Below the pieces are notes generated by a model, which searched no databases, was not told the origin of the DNA, and worked only from the letters and a program-made list of their open reading frames with translations. From NCBI RefSeq assembly GCF_030144855.1, contig NC_082731.1, forward strand, positions 26,660,001 through 26,724,000: 64,000 nucleotides of DNA, in the 5' to 3' direction. A program made the position numbers and the translations under genes. This document shows, piece by piece, positions 1 through 10,939 of the stretch. Source of the DNA: Hypanus sabinus (Eukaryota). Within the stretch, counting starts at the first letter, position 1; each line of letters begins with the position of its first letter.

Positions 1-480
1 CTGTTACTATTGATGGTGAGGATGTGGATGTTGTGACGATCTACAAGTACCTGAGGGTGAACCTGGATGACAGACGAGTGGAGCACCAACATGGAGGCTG
101 TGCACAAGGAGGACCAGAGTCACCTCTACTTTCAGAGGAGACGAAGGCCCTGAAAATCCTGGTAATTCTGGACAGTGTTTCTCAACCCCTGCATGCCACC
201 TTGACTGAAAAGAGGAGCACTTTCAGCAATAGAATAAGACAACAAAGCTGCTCCATAAAGCGCTCTATGAAGTCATTCTTAGCCTCTGCCATAAGGCAGT
301 ATAATGAGCCAACCTATAGCTGGGGAAGTGATGACACCCTCCTGTTACACTGTTTGAGGGAATTTATTTTTTATTCTTTCTTACTTCTTTTCTAATATTT
401 GTATATCTGTGCACTTGAAATGCTACTGTGACTCTGTATTTTCCTTTGGGGTCAATAAAGTATTTATCTATCTATCTATC
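1..480 (+). mobile_element. 3' fragment of an L2/Rex-like non-LTR retrotransposon
   Basis: Decayed RT C-terminal motif (VVTIYKYLRVNLD) in ORF 24-395, then AATAAA and a (TCTA)n tail at about 455-480. Confidence 0.6.
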
Positions 481-1849
481 ATAAATTGTGAACAGATGTT
501 CTCAGGGTAATGTACAGCAGAAATGTGGCAAAAGTTCAGGGGATATTTGCGTGTTCTGCACAGGGAAAGGATGGTGTACAAAGGCTGTTGTAAATCTAGT
601 CAAGAAGAAAATAAAAGCTTACGAAAGGTTGAAAAAACTAGGTAATGATAGAGATCTAGAAGATTATAAGGCTAGCAGGAAGGAGCTTAAAAATGAAATT
701 AGGAGAGCCAGAAGGGGCCATGAGCAGGCCTTGGCGGGCAGGATTAAGGAAAACAACAGGCATTCTACAAGTATGTGAAGAGCGAGAGGATAAGATGCGA
801 GGGAATAAGACCAATCAAGTGCTACAGTGGAAACATATGTATGGAACCGGAGGAAATGACAGAGGTACTCAATTAATACTTTGCTCCAGTATTCACCATG
901 GAAAAGGATTATGGTGATTGTAGGGATACCTTACAGCAACTAAAAAGCTTGAGCATACAGATATTAAGAAAGAGGATGTGCTGGAGCTTTGGGAAAGCAT
1001 CAAGTTGGATAAGTCACCTGGACCGGATGAGATATACCCCAGACTTCTGTGGAAGGTGAGGGAGAAGATTGCTAAGCCTCTGATGATGATCTTTGCATCA
1101 TCAGTGGAGTCAGGAGAGCTTCCAAATAATTGGACCGTTGTGGATGTTGTTCCCATATTCAAGAAAGGGAGTAGAGATAGCCCAAGAAGTTATAGACCAG
1201 TGAGTCTTACTTCAGTGGTTGGTAAGTTGATGGAAAAGATCCTGAGAGGCAGGATTTATGAACATTTGGAGAGGCATAATATGATTAGGGATAGTCAGCA
1301 TGGTTTTGTCAAAGGCAGGTCATGCCTTATGAGCCTGATCGAATTTTTTGAGGACGTGACTAAACATATTGATGAAGGTAGAGCAGCAGATGTAGTGTAT
1401 ATGGATTTCAGCAAGCCATTTGATAAGGTACCCCATTCAAGGCTTATTGAGAAAATATGGAGGCAGAGGATCTAAGGGGACATTGCTTTGTGGATTCAGA
1501 ATTGGTTTGCCCACAGAAGGCAAATAGTGGTTGTAGACAGGTCATAGTTTTCATGGACATTGGGGACCAGTGATGTGCCTCAGGGATCTGTTCTGGGACC
1601 CTCTTTCTTTGTAATTTTTATAAATGACCTGGATGAAAAAGTGGAGGGATGGGTTAGTAAATTTGCTAATGACACAAAGGTTGGAGGTGTTGTAGATAGT
1701 CTGGAGGGCTGTCAGAGGTTACAGCGCGACATCAATAGGATGCAAAGCTGGGCTGAGAAGTGTCAGATGGAGTTCTACCCAGATAAGTGTGAAGTGGTTA
1801 ATTTTGGGAGGTCAAGTATGTTGGCAGAATATAGTATTCTAGAATCAGA
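481..1849 (+). mobile_element. CR1-type LINE ORF2 (reverse transcriptase), decayed
   Basis: ORFs 978-1475 and 1560-1865 contain KSPGPD, VVPIFKKG, YRPVSLTS, QHGFVKGRSC, VYMDFSKPFDKVPH, VPQGSVLGP and KFANDTK motifs. Multiple stops and frameshifts. Confidence 0.9.
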
Positions 1850-2612
1850 ATCATCTGCAGCTTAATGTGAAAAAGACTAAGGAGCTGTTGGTGGACCTGA
1901 GGAGGGCTGAGGCACTGGTGACCCCATTTCCATCCAAGGGGTCAGTGTGGACATGGTGGAGGATTACAAATACCTGGGGATACGAATGGACAATAAACTG
2001 GACTGGTCAAAGAACACTGAGACTGTCTACAAGAAGGATCAGAGCCGTCTCTATTTCCTGAGGAGACTGAGGTCCTTTAACATCTGCCGGATGATGCTGA
2101 GGATGTTCTACGAAGCTGTAGTAGCCAGTGCTATCATGTTTGCTGTTGTGTGCTTGGGCAGCAGGCTGAGGGTAGCAGACACCAACAGAATCAATGAACT
2201 TATTTGTAAGGCCAGTGATGTTGTGGGGGTGGAACTGGACTCTCTGACGGTGGTGTCTGAAAAGAGGATGCTGTTCAAGTTGCATGCCTTCTTGGACAAT
2301 GACTCCCATCCACTCCATAATGTACTGGTTAGGCACAGGAGTACATTCAGCCAGAGACTCATTCCACCGAGATGTAACGTTGAGCGTCATAGGAAGTCAT
2401 TCCTACCTGTGGCCATCAAACTTTACAACTCCTCCCTCGGAGGGTCAGACACTCTGTGCCAATAGGCTGGTCCTGGACTTATTCCCACTTGGTATGATTA
2501 ACTTATTATTTAATTAATTATGGTTTTATATTGCTATATTTCTTCACTATTCTTGGTTGGTGCGGCTGTAACGAAGCCCAATTTCCCTCGGGATCAATAA
2601 AGTCTGTCTCTC
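1850..2612 (+). mobile_element. L2/Rex-like LINE 3' end nested inside the CR1
   Basis: ORF 1947-2465 (YKYLGIRMDNKLDW, SRLYFLRRLRSF, RHRKSFLPVAIKLYN) and AATAAA at about 2595. The CR1 reading resumes right after it. Confidence 0.8.
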
Positions 2613-3350
2613 TGTATTAATGGTAAGACACTTGGTAATGTGGAGGATCAGAGGGATCCTGGGTTTTAAGTCAATACAACACTCAAAGCTACTACACAGG
2701 TTGACTCTGTGTTTAAGAAGGCATATGGTGCATTGGCCCAGCAACCTTGGGATTGAGCTTGGGAGCTGAGAAGTGATTTTGCAGCTACATAGAATCCTGT
2801 TCAGACCCCACTTGGAATACTGCACTCAGTTCTGCTCACCTCACCACGGGAAGGATGTGGAAACCATAGAAAGGGTACAGAGGAGATTGACAAGGATGTT
2901 GCCCAGATTGTGGAGCATGCTTTATGAAAATAGATTGCGTGAATTTGGCCTTTTCTCCTTGGAGCGACGAAGGATGAGAGGTGACCTGATAGAGGTATAT
3001 AAGATGATGAGAGGCATTGATCGTGTGGATAGTCAGAGGCTATTTCCCACGGCTAAAATGCCTAATATGAGAGGGCACAGGTTTAAGGTGCTTGGAAGTA
3101 GCTACAGAGGAGGTGTTGGGGTAAGTTTTTTATGAGGGTGATGAGTGCGTGGAATGGGCTGCCAGTGAACGGTCGTGGAGGCGGATACAATAGGGTCTCT
3201 TTAGGAGACTCCTGGATAGGTACACAGAGCTTTGAAAAATAGAGGGCTATAGGTAACCCTAGGTAATTTCTGAAGTAAGGAAATGTTCCGCACTGCACTA
3301 TTGGCCGAAGGGCCTGTATTGTGCTGTAGGCTGTCTATGTTTCTATGTTT
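2613..3350 (+). mobile_element. CR1-type LINE 3' end (continuation of 481-1849)
   Basis: ORF 2773-3135: RPHLEYC, IERVQRR, RMRGDLIEVYK; (TTTCTATG)-like tail at about 3335-3350. Confidence 0.85.
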
Positions 3351-3369
3351 CTATCTATCTGACTAACTA

Positions 3370-4260
3370 TCTATCTTCCTGAGGCACTGCTCCTTGAAGA
3401 TGTCTTGGATCATAGAGAGGCTTGTACCATGATGGAGTTAACTACTTTTACTACTTTCTGTAGCTTCTTTTGGTCCCGTGCAGTAGCACCCCCATACCAA
3501 ACAATGTTTCAGTCTGTCAGAATACTCTCCATGGTACATCTATCAAAGTTTTTGAGTGTTTTAGGTGACAAGCCAAATCTCTTCAAACTCCTAATGAAGT
3601 ATAGTCACCGTCTTGCCTTCTTTATTACTGCAGCGATATGTTGTGACCAAGTTTGATCCTCAGGGATCTTGACACCCAGAAACTTGAAAATGCTCACTCT
3701 TTCCAGTTTCAAACTGTCTATCAGCTCTTTTGTCTTGCTGACTTTGAGAGCAAGAATGTTGCTGCAACACCACTCCCGAAGTTGGCATATCTCTCTCTTG
3801 TCTCCATCTGAGATTCTTAGTGACAATGGTTCTATCATCAGCAAATTTATAGATGGTATTTGAGCTATACGTAGCCTCACAGTCATGGTCATGGTTGTAG
3901 ATGGAGTAGAGCAGTAGACTAAGGGGCACCAGCATTGATCATCAGCAAGGAGGAGATATTATTATCAATATGAACAGACTGTGGTCTTCCAGTTGAGATG
4001 TCACGGATCTAAATGCAGAGGGAGATACAGAGGCCCAGATTCTGTGGCTTATCGATCAGTATTGTGGGAATATTCGTGTTAAATGCTGAGCTATAGTCAA
4101 CAAACGTCATCCTGACATAGGCGTCTGTGTGAGGAGCCATTGAGATTATGTCTGCTGTTGACCTTATGTGGCAATAGGCAAATTGCAGTGGCTCCAAGTC
4201 CTTTCTGAGGCCGAGTTGGTTCTAGCTATGACCAAACTCTCCACGCATTTCGTCACTACA
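3370..4260 (-). mobile_element. L2/Rex-like LINE RT fragment
   Basis: Minus-strand pieces [32 protein letters not shown]. Confidence 0.75.
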
Positions 4261-5940
4261 GATGTGAATGCTACTGGTCGATAGTCATTAAGGCAGCTCT
4301 CACTATTCTTCTTAGGCACTTTCTAAGATAAGGAGCCCAATATTGCACACAATACTCTAAGTGCGGTCTCTTATAGAGCCTCAACATCATATGCCTGCTC
4401 TTATATTCTATACCTCTAGAAATAAATGCCAACATTGCATTTTCCTTCTTCACCACTGACTCAACCTGGAGATTAACCTTTCGGGTATCCTGCACAAGGA
4501 CTCCCAAGTCCATTTAGATCTCTGCAGTTTGAATTCTCTCCCCATTTAAATAATAATCTACCAGTTTATTTCTTCCACCAAGGTGCATGACCATAAACTT
4601 TCCAACATTGTATTTCATTGGACACTTCTTTGTCCATTCCCCTAAATACCTAAGTCTTTCTGCAGGCTCTCTGTATCCTCAACACAATCCACTTCTCCAA
4701 CTACCTTTGTATCATTGGCAAATTTAGCCACAAATCCATTAAACCCATAGTCCAAATCATTAACATGCACTGTAAAAATCAGCGGTCCCAACACCGACCC
4801 CTTTGGAACTCCACTAGCTACAGACCGCTAGCCAGAATAGGATCCCTTTATTCCCACTCTCTGTTTTCTGCCAATCAGCCAGTACTCCACCCATGCTAGT
4901 AACTCCCCTATAATTCCATGGGCCCTTATCTTGCTAATCAGAATCATGTGTGGCACCTTGTCAAAGGCCTTCTGAAAATCCAAGCATAGTACTTCTACTG
5001 CATCTCCTTTGTCTACCATGCTTGTAATTTCCTCAAAAAATTGCAGTACATTAGTCAGGCAGTATTTTACTTTCAGGAAACAATGCTGGCTTTGGCCTAT
5101 CCTGTCATGTGCCTCCAGGTACTCGGTAATCACATCGAACAACTTTCCAACCACTAATGTCAAGCTAACCGGTCTATAGTTTCCTTTCTGCTGCCTCTAA
5201 CCCTTCTTAAACAGTGGACCAACACTGGCTATCCTCGAATCCTCTGGTACCTGTTCTGTTGCTTAGGTTGCTTTAAATATCTCTGCTAGAGCCACAGCAA
5301 TTTCTGCACTTGCCTCCCATAGGGTCTGAGGGAACACTTTGTCAGGCCCTGGGGATTTAACCACACTGATTTGCTTCAGTGTAGCAAACACCTCCTCCTT
5401 TCTAATCTGTACAGGGTCCATGAAGTTGATGCCACTTTGCCTCATTTCTATAGACTCTATGTCCATCTCCTGAGTAAATACAAATGCAATAAACTGTTAA
5501 AGATCTCCCCCATCAGTTCTGGTTCCACACGTGGATTACAATTCTGATCTTCCAATGAACTAATTTTGTCCTTTGCAATCTTTTTGTTATAGTATCCATA
5601 TCTATAGAATCGCTTGTGATTCTCCTTGACCTCGTCTGCTAGGACAACTTCATGCCTGCTTTTAGCCGTCCGGATTTCTTTTGTGTTGTTTTGCATTTCA
5701 TATAATCCATAAAACCTCATTTGTTCCTACCTGCCTATACCCGCTATGCACCTCTTTTTTTCCTTTTTACCAGAGTCTCAATTTCTCTTGAAAACCAAGG
5801 TTCCCTACACTTGTTATATTTGCCTTTTAATCTGACAGGCACTTACGAGCTCCGTACTCTAAAAATTTTGGCTTCCAACTTTCCAAGTAAATCTTTGTCA
5901 GAAAACAGCCTGTCCCAATCCACCATTGCTAGCTCATTTC
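4261..5940 (-). mobile_element. CR1-type LINE fragments
   Basis: Minus ORFs with LDFQKAFDKVPH, KSPGPD, RPHLEYC motifs. Confidence 0.8.
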
Positions 5941-6229
5941 TGTAAGGCAAGGCTTAAAGGTAACGTCCAGGCAGAGATAACTGGGGCAGTGAGTAGTCAA
6001 TCCAATGTGTCGTAAGGCCTCTGGACAGATATTGGCTGACTGCATGTGACTCAGTGTTTACCTTGTTTGGGTTCCTAGGATAAAGAATACAATTAGTCCT
6101 GCTGGAGGGTCTCTGCCTTAAATGTTAACAATACTCTTTTCCACAGATGCTGCCTGGCCTGCTGATTTCCTCCACCATTTTGTGTGTGTTAATTGAATTT
6201 CAATAATGGGGTTAGTACCAGGACCTTAC

Positions 6230-6547
6230 CTGGGATGTTCTTCACTTGCTTCTTGATACGGGTGTTGGAGGAGGGATGAGTCACTGTACAGCTGAAGACT
6301 GATTCTGTCTTCCACTCCTGTAAACTCACGGTCAGGAAGTGTCTGACACTGAAAGTGCCCCCCTGCTCCAGAGCGGTCGGTGTAGCATGGGTGCCTGACC
6401 TGATCACAGAGCTGCCCTTCTCCCAAGTGACAGTTATGTGGTCTGGGTAGAATCCCGCAGCCACACACTCAAGAATGGCAGAACCATTGGACTTGATTTC
6501 TTCCTCTGTTGGAAGCAGCAATCTGACATCAGGATGTTTTGTTGTTC
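6230..6547 (-). CDS. IgW: IgW heavy-chain constant exon 4 (C1-set; homologous to IgNAR C3)
   Basis: Acceptor tctcttccag|GA and donor CCAG|gtaagg, phase 1 at both ends, 318 nt. Protein GTTKHPDVRLLLPTEEEI...AILECVAAGFYPDHITVTW...PTALEQGGTFSVRHFL...EWKTESVFSCTVTHPSS has the canonical C-W-C core. Confidence 0.92.
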
Positions 6548-6637
6548 CTGGAAGAGACAAGCAAACAATAGTAACATAAAATATTTTTGCTCAGTTTGTC
6601 TAATGTTGACCTTTTAATCGCTGGTCATCTTGCCTAC

Positions 6638-6940
6638 CTTTGGTTCTTTTTGTCTTTGCTGACATTTTAGAGGACGTGGAAAAATCTTGAATAGAGCACT
6701 CGTACTCCACCCCACTGAGCCACTCCTCTACACTGGAGCTCAATGTACTGATCACTATTTTTACGATTCCTTTACTTTCTGGTTCTTCAGAGGAAGCAGG
6801 GATTTTTGACTCTGTCCCGTTCACCAACCAACTGATGTGGATATTCTGTGGATCAGTACAGAGAACCGTGCACTTCACGGTAGCAGTTTTGCCGATCCAC
6901 ACCTCTTCAATGTCAGGATTTTGAATAAAGACAGACAATT
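6638..6940 (-). CDS. IgW: IgW heavy-chain constant exon 3 (C1-set; homologous to IgNAR C2)
   Basis: Acceptor ctaatccccag|AA and donor AAAG|gtaggc, 303 nt. Protein ELSVFIQNPDIEEVWIGKTATVKC...HISWLVNG...ISTLSSSVEEWLSGVEYEC closely follows the recalled IgNAR C2/IgW pattern (PxxEEIWIxKxATLxC...SSVEEWxSGVEYxC). Confidence 0.92.
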
Positions 6941-7189
6941 CTGGGGATTAGAAATGGAAACTTCAGAACTTTAGTAGAGACTTCTCTGTTGATTATGCTA
7001 TGTCGGGACTGATCAGTAGGCCTGTAATAGTTAGAAGTTGAATCACAAAAACACTGAGATTTGTGCAGCGAGTCAGATATTTTTGCAAAGTATAGTTAGA
7101 ATGAAGAACCTTTCTATTGGGTTTCCTGTCCCTTTCCCATAACTGGGATAAAGAGGCTCACTGCTGTGACTACAGGACTCTTGTGACAT

Positions 7190-8370
7190 TGTAACCAAAC
7201 ATGTATTTTATACAGCGAGATGGAAGAATGCAGTTTTCATACCACAGAGATAATCCAATATATCCTTTGATTAGTGCCCTTTTGCATCACAACATTCATC
7301 GTAGTGTGACCATGCCTCTCTGCTGCTCTACAGCCTTCACCTCCCACATGAGCTTCAACATACAGGTCTCTGAAATATCTCTGCATTTCCTTCCAGGAAT
7401 ACCCCTGGCAACACATCCCAGCACCCACCAATCTGTGTGTACAAAACACCTCCTTTGAATTTAATCCCCTCCTACCTTTCAATGTGTGTCTTCTAGCTTT
7501 AGGTATTTCAATCCTGTTATTTAGACCCTGGATCTCTACACTATATGCCTGTGACAATCTTATAATGGTCTATCAAATCTCCTTTCAGGATCTACCACTT
7601 CAGAGTTTTTCTCATAGCCAGTGCCCTCTAATCCTGATAAACCTCTTCTGCAACCTCTCCAAAGCCTACATACTCTTCCTATAGTGGGGCTACCATTACA
7701 GGAATAATGTTTTAAATCTGAGGCTCTATGAGGCATAGGTCAGACTGCAATTGGAGTATTGTGAACAGTTTTTGTCCCCTTATCTATGAGAGGATATATT
7801 GGCACTGGAGAGGGTCCAGAGGAGGTTCATGGGACCAATCCTTGGAATGAAAGGGTCAACATGAGGTCTGTTTGATGGCTCTGAGCCTCTACTTGCTAAA
7901 GTTCAGAAAATCTTATTGAAACCTACTGAATATTGAAAGGACTTGATCGAGTGGACATGGAGATGATGTGTCCTGTAGTGGTGGAGTCCAGGACCAGAGC
8001 TCATAGCTCAGGATACACGGGCACCTCTTTAGAAAGAGTGAGGAGGAACTTCTTTCACTAGACAGTGGTGAAACTGTGAAATTCATTGCCACAGTCATCT
8101 GTGGAGGGTGTCTCTGGGAATATTTAATAGATTAATAGGTTCTTGATTAATAAGGGCATCAAAGTTTGTAGGGAGAACACAGGGAAATGGGGTTGAGAGG
8201 GATAATAAATCAGCCACGATGGAATGGTGGAGCATAATTGATAGGCCATATTGCCCAATTCTGCTCCTTAAGAAATAATATTTTTTCAATATTTCAGATG
8301 CAGCCTAACTAAGATTTTCAAAGTTGCAACATAACTTTTGAACTCTTGAACTTAATGCCTTAACGATTAA
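7190..8370. mobile_element. Head-to-head CR1 3' fragments in the C2-C3 intron
   Basis: Decayed CR1 C-terminal and 3' UTR sequence on minus (about 7190-7700, 8270-8370) and plus (about 7700-8260). Confidence 0.65.
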
Positions 8371-8472
8371 CAATGTGCCTTCTTTACCACTATAGCAACT
8401 TAAACCACTTTCTGAGAGCTATGGACCGAGAAAAGATTTCTCAGTGCAGTAACACTGTTGAGGGTTTTGCCA

Positions 8473-8555
8473 TTAGCAGTGTAAAATTATGTGAGATTGA
8501 ATGGGTAGGGGATCCTGCCTTGAATCTGCTGTCCGGTAGTCGGGGGTTAAAGTTC
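8473..8555 (-). CDS. Candidate short secretory-tail exon after C2 (hypothetical)
   Basis: Acceptor tactttccaatag|GA in phase 1 gives GTLTPDYRTADSRQDPLPIQSHIILHC-stop, 136 nt after the C2 donor. Position matches the short-form tail of IgW, but no clear sequence homology or nearby AATAAA was seen. Confidence 0.35.
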
Positions 8556-8691
8556 CTATTGGAAAGTATTGATTCAGTGTGCAAAAGAACATGTGTGGCT
8601 GAACAGGACTGACATGAGGGTCAAGAAATGGGTAGGACTGTCAGTGAGATAGTTTGACATGATAAGCAAATTTCTTTCAAGCATTACTCAC

Positions 8692-8988
8692 CGTCTGCAT
8701 ATCTCATGCTGGCCAGCTTGCTGAAGCCATAGGGATGGTTGACTTCACAAGTATATTTAGATTTGTTGGTCCAGTCCTTCATAGGCATTGACAGGTAAGT
8801 GAAGGTTTCAGAACTAGAATTGATTCTTGAAGTGGAAGAGAGAATGTTGCCTGTTTGAACCAATCCATCTTTCTTCCAGGCAATATTAAGGTTGTGATGA
8901 TGAAATCCATGTATCATACAGCCCAGGACAGCAGTGGCTTGACTTTGGACATCCTCCGGGGATGGAACAAGGGAGATGAGATTCAGAG
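8692..8988 (-). CDS. IgW: IgW heavy-chain constant exon 2
   Basis: Donor GACG|gtgagt. Nearest phase-1 acceptor is ttgcag|CT at 8988 (weak pyrimidine tract; alternative at 9006). Protein LNLISLVPSPEDVQSQATAVLGCMIHGF...IAWKK...DWTNKSKYTCEVNH resembles skate IgX CH2 as recalled (LIPLVPSP...TAVLGCMISGF...EWTNKQEYTCEVTH). Confidence 0.88.
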
Positions 8989-9439
8989 CTGCAACATATT
9001 TAATAGCTGCCATTACTTGTTTGTTTGAGCCAGAGTGTAGTTGGACTGCATTCTCCCACCACAATATTGACCTGTGATCTGCTGATGTGCTGGCTCTACA
9101 CAGAGATGCTGGACAGAGCTGCTGGACAGAGCTGTGAGTGTGGGGTTTTGGGTGTATGACCCAATCCGCTTTAGCAACGGGTCCCACTCTACAGTAACTA
9201 GGGGCAGAGGTGGGCAAATAGTGTGGAGGTGTAAGACTGCAGTAACGCTGGTGGGGTGGAAACAAAGAGCAGAAAGGCTAATACAGTCACCTGTGAGCTG
9301 GAGTACATGGGGTGGAACTTGAGAACTACAACTTTAGAATAAAGAGGAAGGAAGAATTGAATGGACAGGGGGAAATTATTTTGTATTTTCTGCAATAATT
9401 AGTTTAGATCTAGAATGTGATGGTTAAAGGAGTGTGGTG

Positions 9440-10070
9440 GAAAAATTCAGGTTCCCAGGTGTCCATATCTCTGAGGATCCATCCAGAACCCAATGTGGTG
9501 GTGCAACTACAAAGAAGGCTTGACAGCGGCTGTATTTCTTTAAGAGTCTAAGGAGATTTCGTATGTCACCAAAGACACTTGCAAATTTCTACCGATGTAC
9601 CATGGAGAGCATTCTGACTGGCTGCATCACTGTCTGGTCTGGAAGGGTAGGGGTGGCTACTGCACAGGATCCAAGCAAGCTGCAGAGGGTTGTAAACTCC
9701 ATCATGGGCACTGGCCTCCATAGTGTCCCGGCCATCTTCAAGGATTGAAGCCTCAAAAAGACAGGGTGCATCATTAGGGACCTCCATCACCCAGGTCATG
9801 CCTTGTTCTCATTGCTACCATTAGGAAGGAGGTACAATAGATGGATGGTACACACTCAATGATGCAGGAATAGCTTCTTCCCCTCTGCCATCTGATATAT
9901 GAATTGAAATTGAACTCATGAACACTATCTCACTCGTTTCTTTATTTCTACTTTAGCACTACTTATTTAATTTAACTATTTAATCTATACTTCCTGTAAT
10001 TGATGTTTTCCCTCGATTGTGTATTGCATTGTGCTGCTGCCGCAAAGAGAACAAGTTTCACAACATATGC
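9440..10070 (+). mobile_element. L2/Rex-like LINE 3' end in the C1-C2 intron
   Basis: KTLANFYRCTMESILTGCITVW motif (ORF 9563-9748), ending near a (TTCTGA)n tail. Confidence 0.75.
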
Positions 10071-10568
10071 CAGTGATATTATACCCGTTTCTGATTCTGA
10101 TTCTGATTATTCCATCACATTCACAAAGGGATTGGCCTTTAATTGGAGATGTGACAACCACAGGATGGAGGGGAAAGTGTGGGAAGGATGGGTTAAGCTT
10201 AAATTTGCAGGGACACAATGGGCCAGAGGTCTCTGCATGGGAGCCGATTTGGTGGGAACTGTTTAGAGCTTGGGTGGTGGAGAAGATTCTGAAAAACGAC
10301 AGAAATGAGGCAGATCAGCATAAGTTCTTTCATCCACCCTCCATTAATACTGAGTTACAGTGAACTCAGGATAAAGTTTACCTCCTTATATATAAACCAT
10401 ACTCCACACGGTTACTTTCTGCCTTGTTTTTAACAGCATCACCGTTGTATAGCAGAAATAGAATACATGAACAAAAGAGTTATTTGTCATGTTCCTACAT
10501 TGTTTGACAAAGTTTCCTACAGCAGATATATTTATGAAGAAGCTTTAAAGAGAACTGATCCTACTAAC

Positions 10569-10868
10569 ACTGGATCTTCACTGTCACAATCTCGTTTGGT
10601 TTGTACCCTGCCTTGCAGGAGTAGACTTTGTTCTTCGTCCAGTCCGCCACAGAGACTCGGAGCAAGCTGCTCATCGTGTACTTTGAGTTTTGCCCCAACA
10701 CCGCCGGGTATTTCTTGATTCCTGTGGTGATGTCCCCACTGTTAGTGGACCATGTCTGACTGATGCTCTCAGGCTGAAAGTCCTTGACCAGACAAAGGAG
10801 GCTGATGTCTTGGTCAGTTTCTTTGTTCCAGGAAGCAGTGATGTAGAGTGATGGTGTGGACTTGACCT
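10569..10868 (-). CDS. IgW: IgW heavy-chain constant exon 1 (CH1 position)
   Basis: Acceptor tttccatttcag|AG and donor CAGT|gttagt, 300 nt, phase-compatible with J. Protein EVKSTPSLYIT...DISLLCLVKDFQPESISQTWS...KYPAVLGQNSKYTMSSLLRVSVADW...YSCKAGYKP resembles skate IgX CH1 as recalled. Confidence 0.92.
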
Positions 10869-10939
10869 CTGAAATGGAAAGAAATTCACAAACGGTTCCG
10901 TAAATAAATGTATTACTGGCAGTCAAAGCAGAGACCATA

